Assembly (NCBI GenBank): GCA_023473545.1
Contig: JAMCXO010000002.1
Location: 6,340 to 70,339 of the forward strand
DNA: 64,000 bases
Direction: 5' to 3'
Origin: Patescibacteria group bacterium
GTDB taxonomy: Bacteria; Patescibacteriota; Microgenomatia; Levybacterales; UBA12049
This document shows, one piece after another, positions 1 to 9,715 of the stretch. The first letter of the stretch is position 1. Every line of letters begins with the position of its first letter. The notes beneath the pieces were generated by a model that did not search any database, had not been told where the DNA came from, and worked only from the letters and a program-made list of their open reading frames with translations. A program made the translations under genes and the position numbers.

Positions 1-1447
1 CCGTTGTCTTGCCGCCCCGTTTAACCGCAACCACCTTTCGATAGGGGGTCTCCAGAAAGCCATAATTATTTACCCTGGCATAAAGAGCAAGATAGGTAAC
101 AAGCCCTATGTTTGGCCCCTCCGGCGAGCGGATCGGACAGATTCTGCCATACTGAGAACTGTTAATATCCCTTATGGAAAATGCCGCTCTTTCCCTTGAT
201 ATCCCGCCTGTTCCCATTACCGTCACCCTTCTTAAATTATCTATTTCGGAAAGAGGATTTGTTTGATCTATAATCGTAGAGAGCTGGGAAGTCCTAAAGA
301 ACTCATTTATCGATGCCATTATGGGACGCGCGTTAACCAAGGAGGCAACCGAAATAGGAACGTCTTGCTGCATAAGACTCATTCTTTCTTTAATACTTCT
401 TTCAAGTCTTAAAACACCAACCCTGAACGCGGTGGTTGCCACCAGCTCCCCAACGCCTCTGATTCTTCTGTTTTCAAGACTATCTATATCGTCAATAGTG
501 CCCTTACCCTCGCTTAGAAGAATCAGATAATTAATGGTTGCTATTACGTCTTCAACGCTAAGAACACGATCCTCACAGGGTTTAAAAGATGTTACATCTC
601 TTAATCTTTTATTTATCTTATATCTGCCAACCACTCCTAAATCATAACGGCGCGGGTTAAAAAATAAGCCCCTAAAACTTTCCCTTACCTTATCTAAAAC
701 TATCGGTTCTCCCGGATGCATTTTCTTAAATATCTCAATCAGGGCTTCTGTTTCGCTCGCGGTAACGTCTTTTTCCAGAGTAGCGTTTATAAACGCCATA
801 CCATCCTTGTCTAAATCCTGAAATGCCTGGGTTATGGCTTCGTTTGACGAGATCCCTATTGCCCTAAGAAACGTCGTTACCGGAAACTTTTTTCTCCGAT
901 CTATTTTTACCAAAATTGTGCCATGGCGGGTTGTAACAAACTCAAGCCATGAACCGTGAGTCGGACGCACCTCTCCCATGTAAAGCTTTTTGCCTGTAAT
1001 AGAATCCTGAAATTCTGTAAAAAACACACCCGGGGCGCGCACAAGCTGATTAACCACTGCCCTCTCCACGCCATTTATAATAAATGTTCCTCTTTCCGTC
1101 ATTTGAGGAATATCGCCTAAAAAAACCTCCGCTTTATGAGGTTTTCCGGTTTTTTTATTGGTTAAAATTGCCTTTACGTAGAGAGGGGCGTCAAATGTAA
1201 GTCCTTTTTCTATTGCTTTTTCCCAGGTCACGGAAGGCTTACCCAAGCGATAATCTTCCAAAGATAAAACCCAATTCTTTTCTGTAAAATCTTCAATTGG
1301 GGATATCTCTTTAAGAATTTCTCCTATGCCTGTCTTTTCAAACCAGATATAAGACTCCCTTTGCATAGCCAAAAGATCCAGTTTTGGCAAAAAAGAGTAT
1401 TTCCTGCCCCAATAGTGTCTAATATTGCTATTATCGTTACTAAGCAT
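1..1447 (-). CDS. rpoB: DNA-directed RNA polymerase subunit beta, N-terminal about 482 aa. The start ATG is at 1447..1445 and the gene continues past the window start, which is why it is absent from the ORF track.
   Basis: Manual reverse-strand translation gives MLSNDNS...GDIPQMTERGTFIINGVERAVVNQLVRAPGVFF...SPEGPNIGLVTYLALYARVNNYGFLETPYRKV, which matches canonical RpoB N-terminal blocks. Confidence 0.9.
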   Translation of the reverse strand, partial: MLSNDNSNIRHYWGRKYSFLPKLDLLAMQRESYIWFEKTGIGEILKEISPIEDFTEKNWVLSLEDYRLGKPSVTWEKAIEKGLTFDAPLYVKAILTNKKTGKPHKAEVFLGDIPQMTERGTFIINGVERAVVNQLVRAPGVFFTEFQDSITGKKLYMGEVRPTHGSWLEFVTTRHGTILVKIDRRKKFPVTTFLRAIGISSNEAITQAFQDLDKDGMAFINATLEKDVTASETEALIEIFKKMHPGEPIVLDKVRESFRGLFFNPRRYDLGVVGRYKINKRLRDVTSFKPCEDRVLSVEDVIATINYLILLSEGKGTIDDIDSLENRRIRGVGELVATTAFRVGVLRLERSIKERMSLMQQDVPISVASLVNARPIMASINEFFRTSQLSTIIDQTNPLSEIDNLRRVTVMGTGGISRERAAFSIRDINSSQYGRICPIRSPEGPNIGLVTYLALYARVNNYGFLETPYRKVVAVKRGGKTT

Positions 1448-1674
1448 TTGGAATAAGTTCAAAAGGACATTCGGATTATGAAGAAAATAATCCTTTTAAC
1501 AACAAAAAGATACAAGCAAAGCCCCCTTTTGTATCTTATTAAGGTTAGTTACGTATATAACATACGTTTTATACTCCTGTCAATAACCTATAGTATTGTA
1601 TGGGGTTTGAGTACTATACGAAGCTTTACTTTTAGAGAATTCGGTATTTTTCGGTTCGTGGTATAATTTGTAGT

Positions 1675-3468
1675 ATGACCTCCTTGGAAATTTTAGAAAA
1701 ATATCTCGCATTTTTTACCAAACGGGGGCATATAAAAATCCCCAATTCCGCCCTCGTTCCGGAAAACGACCCCAGCACCCTTTTTACTTCATCGGGCATG
1801 CAGCCCTTATTGCCTTATCTTTTAGGAGAAAAGCACGGCCTGGGCAAAAGACTTATGAACGTACAAAATTGTTTTCGTGCGGTTGACATAGATTCGGTTG
1901 GAGACAATAAGCATATAACTTTTTTCCGAATGCTTGGTAACTGGAGCCTTGGTGATTACTTTAAAAAAGAGCAGATCGCTTGGATTTGGGAGTTTATCAC
2001 CAAAGAGCTAAAAATACCCAAAGACAGACTTTATATAAGCCTTTTCAAGGGCTTCGGAGACATCAAAAAAGACGAGGATTCAAAAGAGATCTGGAGCAAA
2101 ATCCTCATCGGTGAAGGCCTAGACCCAAAAGAACGAATCTTTTTTTACTCCGAGGAAAACTGGTGGTCAAGAACCAACGATCCCAATACTATGCCCGAGG
2201 GAGAACCGGGGGGGCCGGATAGCGAAGTGTTTTATCGCTTTGATGCTAAACATAATCCAAAGTTTGGCAAGACCTGCCATCCCAACTGTCCCTGCGGCCG
2301 CTTTCTGGAGATTGGCAATAGCGTTTTTATGGAGTTTAAAAAAGGCAAAAACGGATTTGAGCACCTGCCTCAGAAAAATGTTGATTTCGGCGGCGGACTG
2401 GAGCGTCTTCTTGCCGCGGTGGAAAATGAGCCGGATATTTTTCAAACAAGCCTGTTTGCGCCAATTATTCAAGTAATCGAAGAAACTACCGAAAAAAGTT
2501 ATCTTAAGCATAAAGAAAAAATGAGGATTATAACCGATCACTTAATCGCCTCAGGTTTTATCATCATAAACAACATAAAACCGTCCAATAAGGAACAGGG
2601 ATATATCTTAAGAAGGCTTATCCGCCGATCCCTCGATAACTTTTACCTCCTGAACGGGAAAAACATAGCGCCAATTCTTAAATCAATTGCAAAGGAATAC
2701 GGCAAAAGCGATCAGCCCTTAATAGAAAGGTTCGAGGAGATTAAAGATACCATCTTGGAAGAAGAACAAAAATACAATATAGCTCTCACCGGTGCTAAAA
2801 AATTCATTATCAAAAAATATAAAAAAACAGGCGATGAGTTAATGGGAGCTGTTCGGATTTTGGCAGAAGATGCCTTTCTGCTCTACTCAACCCACGGTTT
2901 ATCCCCCAGCCAAATCAAAAGCCTGGGATACACGTTTGACGAAAAAGCCTTTGCCGAAAAAATGAAAGGCCATCAAAAGTTATCAAAAAAAAATGTCCAT
3001 GAGAGGTTCCGCGGCGGATTAAAAGACCACCAGGAAAAAACAATCATGGGACATACCGCAACCCATCTCCTGCATCAGGCATTAAGAGAGGTTCTGGGCA
3101 ATCATGTCTATCAAACAGGAAGTAACATAACAACGGATCGCGTAAGGTTTGACTTTAACTACGAAAATAAATTAAGCGATAGCCAACTCACGCAGGCGGA
3201 AACTATAGTCAATAAAAAAATTAGCGAAAACCTGCCGGTGCACTTTGAAATGCTGCCTATTGATAAAGCCAGAAAGAAAGGCGCAATAGGACTTTTTGAC
3301 GCAAAATACAAAGATAAAGTTAAGGTTTATTTTATAGGAACCTATTCGATCGAATTCTGCGGAGGGCCGCATGTAGATTTTACAGGAAGATTAAAAAGCT
3401 TTAAGATAATAAAACAGGAAAGTATTGGGAATAAACAAAGAAGGATATATGCCAAAGTAAACAATTAA
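1675..3468 (+). CDS. alaS: Alanine--tRNA ligase, short form (catalytic and editing domains; the C-terminal C-Ala domain is absent).
   Basis: N-terminal class II AlaRS motifs (FTSSGMQPL, RMLGNWSLGDYFK) and the editing-domain HTATHLL and CGGPHV motifs. At 597 aa it is shorter than the usual 870-880 aa. Confidence 0.9.
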   Translation: MTSLEILEKYLAFFTKRGHIKIPNSALVPENDPSTLFTSSGMQPLLPYLLGEKHGLGKRLMNVQNCFRAVDIDSVGDNKHITFFRMLGNWSLGDYFKKEQIAWIWEFITKELKIPKDRLYISLFKGFGDIKKDEDSKEIWSKILIGEGLDPKERIFFYSEENWWSRTNDPNTMPEGEPGGPDSEVFYRFDAKHNPKFGKTCHPNCPCGRFLEIGNSVFMEFKKGKNGFEHLPQKNVDFGGGLERLLAAVENEPDIFQTSLFAPIIQVIEETTEKSYLKHKEKMRIITDHLIASGFIIINNIKPSNKEQGYILRRLIRRSLDNFYLLNGKNIAPILKSIAKEYGKSDQPLIERFEEIKDTILEEEQKYNIALTGAKKFIIKKYKKTGDELMGAVRILAEDAFLLYSTHGLSPSQIKSLGYTFDEKAFAEKMKGHQKLSKKNVHERFRGGLKDHQEKTIMGHTATHLLHQALREVLGNHVYQTGSNITTDRVRFDFNYENKLSDSQLTQAETIVNKKISENLPVHFEMLPIDKARKKGAIGLFDAKYKDKVKVYFIGTYSIEFCGGPHVDFTGRLKSFKIIKQESIGNKQRRIYAKVNN

Positions 3469-3471
3469 TTT

Positions 3472-5706
3472 ATGAAACTGCCTTTTTCTTTTTCCCTGCA
3501 AAAAAAGGAAAACCCTGAATACTTCTTGGCCTTGCTCCTAAGAGAGGAAAAGGCCGAAGCGGTAATTTTTGAACAGTTTCACGGAAAGGTTAAGGTAATC
3601 GGCGAAAACGAAGAATACTTTAACGAATCTATAGAGAAAGCCTCTGATGAAATGTGGCTTGATACCCTGGATAAAATAATCTCTAAAGCCGAAGAAGCGC
3701 TTCCTGCCAATATCCAAACCCAAAAAACAATCTTTGGATTAAAAGAAAGCTGGGTTCTTAAAACACATATAAAAAGAGAGTATCTGGAGAGGATAAAAAA
3801 AATAAGCAAGGAGCTTAATTTAATTCCGATAGGATTTATCGTCATTGCCGAAGCGGTAGCGCATCTTTTGGAAAAAAAGGAAGGTGTTCCTATCTCTGCC
3901 ATATTGGCAGAGCTTGATAAAAAAAATATTACCCTATCCTTAATCCGCGCGGGAAAAATTGTTCATACCCAAAGCTCGGTAATAGAAGAATCTATCGTAA
4001 AAACTACGGATAAATTGCTTCATTTTTTTACCGACTACGGAATTCTTCCGTCCCGAATAATTCTTTTAGACGCGGAAGAAGATAATCTAAACCAAGAATT
4101 TATCTCCCACCCATGGAGCAAAAGCCTTCCTTTTCTGCATTTCCCTCAAATCGAAACACTGCCCGGAGGTTTTGATGCCCAGGCTGTTTTGTCGGGCGCG
4201 GTAAGTCAGATGGGATTTGAGTTACTGGGTGAAACCCCGGACAGAAAACCGCTCAGACAAACCCAGACACAGGAAGAGGCGGCGGGAGAGGGAGTGCCTC
4301 AGGCAGACAAAGGGAACGGAGAAAGCCTTTTGGAAAAAGACAGTGAAGATCTAGGATTTATCAAAGAGGGAGACATTGCCCAAATAAATCTGGACAGAAG
4401 TAATATATCGAATATATCGGAAGAGGCGGAAGAAAAAGCTATCGGAAAAGAGCTTCCCGAAACTAAGGCAGTAATAAATAGATTATCCGTCAAAAGACTT
4501 CTAACATTCTCAAATGCAATCTTTATCTCTTTAAAAGGTATTCTTGCCAAAATGCATCTGCCTTCTCTGCCCGCGTTTAGAAAGAACAAGCTGTTCATTC
4601 TACCCCTTGTCTTTGCTTTAATGATAGCTATTTTTGTTTTGTATCTTCTAAAAGCCTCCGCCAAGGTAATTTTATTTGTAAATCCAAACTCTTTGGAGAA
4701 AACGCAAAATATTACCTTTTCTCCCAATGCCGGTACGGATTTTTCTAAAGATATTATACACGCCAGCCCCATATCCGTATCCGAAACAGGCAGCGTCTCA
4801 ACCAACTCAACCGGCACAAAAGAGATTGGCAATAAGGCAAAGGGGAGTATAACAATTGTTAGTCTCTTGCCAAATCAACAAACATTTGAACAAGGCACAA
4901 GTGTAAAATCATCAAACGGACTGGAATTTACGACAGATTCAAGCATAACAGTGGCATCCAGTTCGGGTGCAACGGATCCTCAAACTCAGAAAGTAAACGT
5001 TACCGCAAAGGATATAGGAAAAAAATATAATTTGCCCTCTGGAACAAAATTCACCATCGGTTCATTCGATAGCTCATCTGCTCAGGGAGAAAATGATACG
5101 CCCTTTTCCGGAGGATCAAAAAAAGAGATAACCGTTGTGTCCAAGAATGATTATGACAAACTACTTGCTGAATTGCCTAAAAGCCTAGAGGACAAGGCAA
5201 AAAAAGACATCGCCCAAAAAGTCTCCCCGGATATGGGAATCATTCCCCTTCTAACCGGCGAAACCGTAACCGCCAAATACTTTGATAAAAATATAGGGGA
5301 TCAGACAGCCCAGGTAACCCTTAAAGCAACGGTTTCCTATCAAAGTCTCTCCTATAAAAAAAGTGACTTAAACACTTTCTCCTTACACCTTTTCCAAAAC
5401 CGTGCCCAAAGCGAAACAGTTACGGCAAGCGGTGTAAGCCTGTCTTTAAAAGATATTAAAGAGAATAGCGATAAAACAGTAAGCGCCAATCTTAAAGCAA
5501 CGGCTTCTCTTTTACCAAAGATAAATAACCGGCAATTAATAGAACAAATAAAAGGCAAACCAATCCAGGACGCGACAAGAATATTATCAAAACTGCCTCA
5601 GGTAAGGGATGTTTCCGTAAAGCTTTCTCCTGCCTTACCCTTGCTGCCCGGTCTTCTCCCAAGAATGGGGAGAAACATAATCATAATCATAAAAAACAAT
5701 GAGTAA
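3472..5706 (+). CDS. Hypothetical single-pass membrane/surface protein. It has an N-terminal cytoplasmic region, a TM segment near residue 380 and an S/T/G-rich repetitive extracellular region. It lies immediately upstream of the sortase and overlaps it.
   Basis: Long ORF with a hydrophobic segment (LFILPLVFALMIAIFVLYLL) and a repetitive S/T-rich C-terminal half. No family recognised. Confidence 0.5.
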   Translation: MKLPFSFSLQKKENPEYFLALLLREEKAEAVIFEQFHGKVKVIGENEEYFNESIEKASDEMWLDTLDKIISKAEEALPANIQTQKTIFGLKESWVLKTHIKREYLERIKKISKELNLIPIGFIVIAEAVAHLLEKKEGVPISAILAELDKKNITLSLIRAGKIVHTQSSVIEESIVKTTDKLLHFFTDYGILPSRIILLDAEEDNLNQEFISHPWSKSLPFLHFPQIETLPGGFDAQAVLSGAVSQMGFELLGETPDRKPLRQTQTQEEAAGEGVPQADKGNGESLLEKDSEDLGFIKEGDIAQINLDRSNISNISEEAEEKAIGKELPETKAVINRLSVKRLLTFSNAIFISLKGILAKMHLPSLPAFRKNKLFILPLVFALMIAIFVLYLLKASAKVILFVNPNSLEKTQNITFSPNAGTDFSKDIIHASPISVSETGSVSTNSTGTKEIGNKAKGSITIVSLLPNQQTFEQGTSVKSSNGLEFTTDSSITVASSSGATDPQTQKVNVTAKDIGKKYNLPSGTKFTIGSFDSSSAQGENDTPFSGGSKKEITVVSKNDYDKLLAELPKSLEDKAKKDIAQKVSPDMGIIPLLTGETVTAKYFDKNIGDQTAQVTLKATVSYQSLSYKKSDLNTFSLHLFQNRAQSETVTASGVSLSLKDIKENSDKTVSANLKATASLLPKINNRQLIEQIKGKPIQDATRILSKLPQVRDVSVKLSPALPLLPGLLPRMGRNIIIIIKNNE

Positions 5707-6427
5707 GTATTACTACAAAAAAACAAAACACGCTAACCAATTAGCAAAAATCACCAGCCTGCTTATTTTTATAACCGGGATCGTTATCGTTTTCTATGTC
5801 TTTTTTCCCATAATATCCTGGCAGATATATTTTGCTCCTGTTTTCGCCTCGAATGACATTATCGTCCCTATTCCAAAGACGAGTATTGTAACACCTAATA
5901 ATATCGGCAGTCTTATTATGTCGCAAGTATCAAATATTGCGGGCACCAATTACAGCAACGCCCAGAACTGGTTTCCGAATTTAAAAATCGAGAACCAAAA
6001 AGCGGTAGAAAACATACCTTCATTTACCCTTTCAGTTCCGAAACTAAATATTAAAGACGCGGTTGTTTCAACCAGGGATTACGACCTTGATAAGCACTTG
6101 GTTGACTACGGCGGAACCGCTATTCCGCCAAATGCAGGCAACGCTGTTATCTTTGGACATTCCACTTTGCCTCAGCTATTTAATCCCAAAAATTACAGGG
6201 CCATATTCGCTACTGCCTATAAACTAAATATTGGAGATAAGATATTTGTAAAAGCGGCAGGCATTACCTACAAATACGTAATAGACAATATAACAGTTGT
6301 AAATCCAACAGACACCTCTATCTTTAATCAAAACGTTAACGGGAGTTTCATAACCCTTGTAACCTGCACGCCTCCAGGCACAACCTGGAAGCGGCTGGTA
6401 ATTAAGGCTCAACTTAAAAAAATATGA
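5699..6427 (+). CDS. Sortase family transpeptidase.
   Basis: N-terminal TM anchor and the catalytic triad context: His in VIFGHSTLP, Cys in the TLVTC motif, and a downstream Arg (WKRLVIKA). Confidence 0.75.
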   Translation: MSKYYYKKTKHANQLAKITSLLIFITGIVIVFYVFFPIISWQIYFAPVFASNDIIVPIPKTSIVTPNNIGSLIMSQVSNIAGTNYSNAQNWFPNLKIENQKAVENIPSFTLSVPKLNIKDAVVSTRDYDLDKHLVDYGGTAIPPNAGNAVIFGHSTLPQLFNPKNYRAIFATAYKLNIGDKIFVKAAGITYKYVIDNITVVNPTDTSIFNQNVNGSFITLVTCTPPGTTWKRLVIKAQLKKI

Positions 6428-6525
6428 ATATCAAAAGAACTATCTCCTCTATTTTCTTTTTGTTTCTATCTATAGTAAAATATATTGTGACCCAGGCCAT
6501 TAGACAAATAAAAAATGATATTTAA

Positions 6526-7485
6526 ATGAAAAAGTTAATCACGGCTTTAGTATTTTGTCTCGTTATCTTCTCCGCTGTTTTCTTATGGTGGACGAATGGA
6601 AATTCTGCGGTAAATACCAACGATAAAACAACCTCTATTTTCGTAATTAAAAAAGGGGAAGGAACACGGGAAATCGCCAACTCGCTTAGCAACAAAGGTA
6701 TTATTAAGGATCCTGTGATATTTTTTCTGCTTATCAAAAAATTAGGACTTGGCAGCAAAATAGAAGCTGGGGACTTTAGATTATCTCCCTCTATGACGCC
6801 TGTTGAGATAGCCGGAACACTAACCCATGGCACTCTTGATATATGGGTTACCATACCGGAAGGAAAGAGGGCAGAGGAGATAGCTGACATTTTAAAACAA
6901 AATATACCAACCTATAAAAAAAGCTGGAACGCTATCCTGGAACAGAACGAAGGATACCTTTTTCCAGATACCTATCTTATCCCCAAAAGCGCCGATATTA
7001 ACCTTATAGTCTCTATGATGAGGAATAATTTTGATAAAAAATACAACAGTATAAAATACCTTAAGACCACTAACCTTTCGGAAAGACAAACGGTAATTTT
7101 AGCATCAATCATAGAAAGGGAGGCCAAGTTTGCCAAAGACAAACCCCTTGTCGCCTCTGTTCTAATGAATAGACTAAAAAATTCAATGGCGCTTGATGTT
7201 GACGCTACAATCCAATACGCCCTAGGCTATCAGGAAAACGGAAAAACATGGTGGAAACAAAATCTTACCAAAGAAGATCTTGCTATTAATTCTTTATATA
7301 ACTCCTACACCAATATCGGTCTTCCGCCGACACCAATATCAAATCCCGGCATTTACTCGCTTAAGGCAGCCCTCGATCCTGCCAAAACGGATTATCTCTA
7401 CTATATCTCGGACAAAAAAGGAAATCTCCATTTTGAAAAAACGCTTAAAAAGCACAACGAAGATATTGTAAAATATGGAATTTAA
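6526..7485 (+). CDS. mltG: Endolytic murein transglycosylase MltG (YceG family).
   Basis: N-terminal TM and the YceG-like domain architecture; length and conserved blocks (EGxRxxEIA, PYNTY-like region) are typical. Confidence 0.8.
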   Translation: MKKLITALVFCLVIFSAVFLWWTNGNSAVNTNDKTTSIFVIKKGEGTREIANSLSNKGIIKDPVIFFLLIKKLGLGSKIEAGDFRLSPSMTPVEIAGTLTHGTLDIWVTIPEGKRAEEIADILKQNIPTYKKSWNAILEQNEGYLFPDTYLIPKSADINLIVSMMRNNFDKKYNSIKYLKTTNLSERQTVILASIIEREAKFAKDKPLVASVLMNRLKNSMALDVDATIQYALGYQENGKTWWKQNLTKEDLAINSLYNSYTNIGLPPTPISNPGIYSLKAALDPAKTDYLYYISDKKGNLHFEKTLKKHNEDIVKYGI

Positions 7486-7760
7486 TTCCCCAATGCCCGT
7501 TTTTTCCAATCAGAGATAAACATGAAGTTTCTTCTGAAGCTCCATGAACTCGTAGAGTCTGCCTGATAGAAAAATATATTTCCTCTCCTGGTATAATTCT
7601 GGTTTTACCATCCTTCGGCTTAAAATATTTTTCTTTATTTTTTTAAGGCAAGCTGTCATAAAAATAGAATTAATTGCGTATTAGTTTAAACTAATTATCC
7701 TCTTTTGTCAGTAATAATAATTGCCGAAAAAGTGCAATAAAAATTACAAAATATAGTTTA

Positions 7761-7790
7761 TTGATTAACCCTGCTTTTTTCCTGTATAAT
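7761..7790 (+). promoter_or_regulatory. Sigma-70-like promoter for the crp-family gene. It has a TTGATT -35 element, an 18-nt spacer and a TGTATAAT extended -10 element, and the leader is very short.
   Basis: Read directly from the sequence. The -10 element ends about 10 nt before the ATG at 7801. Confidence 0.35.
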
Positions 7791-7800
7791 CCTTTAGAGA

Positions 7801-8448
7801 ATGGGTTTTGACCCCTTGTTCGCCAAAAGTCGCTCAATTATCTACCAAAGACACGAGGTAATCCTTCGTCCCGAGGATATCCCCGGCGGGGTTTATTATT
7901 TAAAAAAGGGTTTTATAGAACTTTACGCCCTTTCCGAAGCCGGAGAAAAGCTAACCTTGATCATTTTTAAACCCGGTGATGTTTTTCCGCTTGCCTGGGC
8001 AGTAGGAGATATCCCAAATAGATATTATCTTTCCGCTATGACAGGCATTGAGCTTAAGAGATGTTCCAAAAATGATTTTTTGGCATTTATCAAAAATGAG
8101 CCGGCCGTGCTTTACGAGCTACTAAACCACGTTTCAGTCAGACTGCATGGACTTTTAGAAAGAACAGAGTACTTGGTTTTTGGTTCATCATACGATAAGG
8201 TTGCCTCTATTCTTCTTATCTGCGCCATGCGTTTTGGCAAAAAAGAAAACGGCAATATCATTATCCAGGTTCCTCTTACCCACAAAGACGTGGCAGAGCT
8301 GGTGGGATTAACGCGGGAAACAACCAGCCTCAAGATAAAAAAGTTGGAAAAGGAGGGTTTGATCGCCCGCCGGGGGAAATTTATCATCGTTAAGAATATG
8401 AAAAAACTTAAAAAGGCTACCTCTCTTGAGGATGTCAATATTTTCTGA
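7801..8448 (+). CDS. Crp/Fnr family transcriptional regulator (cNMP-binding domain plus C-terminal HTH).
   Basis: Beta-roll cNMP-binding region (YYLKKGFIELY...GDVFP) and a C-terminal HTH (VPLTHKDVAELVGLTRETTSLKIKKLEKEGLI). Confidence 0.8.
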   Translation: MGFDPLFAKSRSIIYQRHEVILRPEDIPGGVYYLKKGFIELYALSEAGEKLTLIIFKPGDVFPLAWAVGDIPNRYYLSAMTGIELKRCSKNDFLAFIKNEPAVLYELLNHVSVRLHGLLERTEYLVFGSSYDKVASILLICAMRFGKKENGNIIIQVPLTHKDVAELVGLTRETTSLKIKKLEKEGLIARRGKFIIVKNMKKLKKATSLEDVNIF

Positions 8449-8473
8449 GGCTAAACCTTAAAACTACAAACGA

Positions 8474-8767
8474 TCAAGGGGCCTTCCTTCTAAAAAAACG
8501 TCTCGTATTGTTTTTAAGGGCATGGCTTTCTGTTTGAGGTTCTTCAGTTTTTGCTTCGGGCTCTTCTTCTTTTTGGTAATTCTCTTCCTCGCTTAGATTA
8601 TCTATCATATCTCCCAATTGCGAAACCCCTTCAAGTCCTTCTTGGGTAAGAACCTCAAGAAGTTTTTTGCCCTTTTTTGTTCCCACCAAAAAAACAACCC
8701 CCGCTCCAAGTAAGGCACCCCATAGGAAACCGTTAAAGAATGTATTGCCCTTTTGATTATTGTCCAT
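8474..8767 (-). CDS. YtxH-domain small membrane protein.
   Basis: FLWGALLGAGVVFLVGTKKGKKL motif followed by an acidic tail. It is paired with a DUF948-like gene, as in the Firmicute ytxG-ytxH arrangement. Confidence 0.5.
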   Translation of the reverse strand: MDNNQKGNTFFNGFLWGALLGAGVVFLVGTKKGKKLLEVLTQEGLEGVSQLGDMIDNLSEEENYQKEEEPEAKTEEPQTESHALKNNTRRFFRRKAP

Positions 8768-9029
8768 CTTCGTCTCTCTTATTCTTTTTGCTTAAGATCT
8801 TTGCCAGGGCGGATCCCACTTTAACCCCTGTTACAAGGTTGGAAAGGTTTGAGATCGGACCCGAAACGCTTTGGGTAATAGTACCCGTATCGTCCAAAAC
8901 CTTATTTGCTTTAGAAACTGTCCGGCGAAGCTCTCGAAGAATAAAAAATACCTGTACGCCTAACACCAGCAAAAGAAGGGTGAGAAGAAGTACCACAAAA
9001 AGAAGCGCTATTTGGGCAGTATTAATCAT
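8757..9029 (-). CDS. DUF948-family (YtxG-like) membrane protein.
   Basis: N-terminal TM followed by a coiled-coil region; the adjacency to YtxH supports the call. Confidence 0.45.
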   Translation of the reverse strand: MINTAQIALLFVVLLLTLLLLVLGVQVFFILRELRRTVSKANKVLDDTGTITQSVSGPISNLSNLVTGVKVGSALAKILSKKNKRDEDGQ

Positions 9030-9076
9030 AACTCTAGCGTACCATCAAGAAATTTTCCTGTCAACACCCCAAGCAG

Positions 9077-9706
9077 TCAACCCTTAACCCGCAGATGATA
9101 ATAGTTCTCCGTTTTTTTGCCAAAATGATTTTCCGAAACAATGTCTATTGTCTCATTGCCGGGAAAGGCTCTTATTTCCTTTTGAAATGTACCGTCTTGC
9201 CCAACCGGAACCGGTCTGCCGTTAATAAAAAGGCTGGCATTGGGATCTGTTTTGCCTTTAACAATAATTGATTTACCGATAACCTGGCCTTCTTTAGGAG
9301 AATAAACATCAAGGTAGGGCCCGATAACAAATGCCCTATATTGAAAAAGGACATAGCCTATTACAGCCAATACAAAAACAAAGACCACGGAGGATGAACT
9401 GATTCTAAAACTATTGGTTGTTATTTCATTTTTTCCGGAAACCCCCTCCGGCATAACCTCAAGAGATTCTTTTTCGTTAAACTCCCTCTTAAAAATTGCC
9501 AGAATATCTTTATATGGCAGGCCGAGAAACTGGGCGTAATTCTTTAGAAAGCCTTTTATATATGCGCTCGAAGGCAATTTTTTATAATTTCCCTCCTCAA
9601 TCGCTAAAAGAAACGAAGGTTTAATCTTTGTGGCCTGGGAAATTTCATCAAGATTAAGCCCTCTTTTTATACGTTCATTGCGCAGTCTTTGCCCTACCTT
9701 TATCAT
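9077..9706 (-). CDS. rodZ: RodZ-like cytoskeleton-associated protein (XRE HTH, TM segment, C-terminal domain).
   Basis: The N-terminal HTH (GQRLRNERIKRGLNLDEISQATKIKPSFLLAIEEGNY) is typical of RodZ, and a single TM follows. Confidence 0.6.
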   Translation of the reverse strand: MIKVGQRLRNERIKRGLNLDEISQATKIKPSFLLAIEEGNYKKLPSSAYIKGFLKNYAQFLGLPYKDILAIFKREFNEKESLEVMPEGVSGKNEITTNSFRISSSSVVFVFVLAVIGYVLFQYRAFVIGPYLDVYSPKEGQVIGKSIIVKGKTDPNASLFINGRPVPVGQDGTFQKEIRAFPGNETIDIVSENHFGKKTENYYHLRVKG

Positions 9707-9715
9707 AAATCTATT

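Noticed and set aside
1478-1666. 62-aa ORF between rpoB and alaS.
   Set aside because: It lies in the divergent promoter region and has an AT-rich, low-complexity translation. It is more likely 5' UTR and promoter DNA than a gene.
7500-7760. Possible small RNA in the 300-bp AT-rich spacer upstream of crp.
   Set aside because: No convincing stem-loop architecture or known ncRNA motif. It is better explained as a promoter or UTR region, though it remains unverified.
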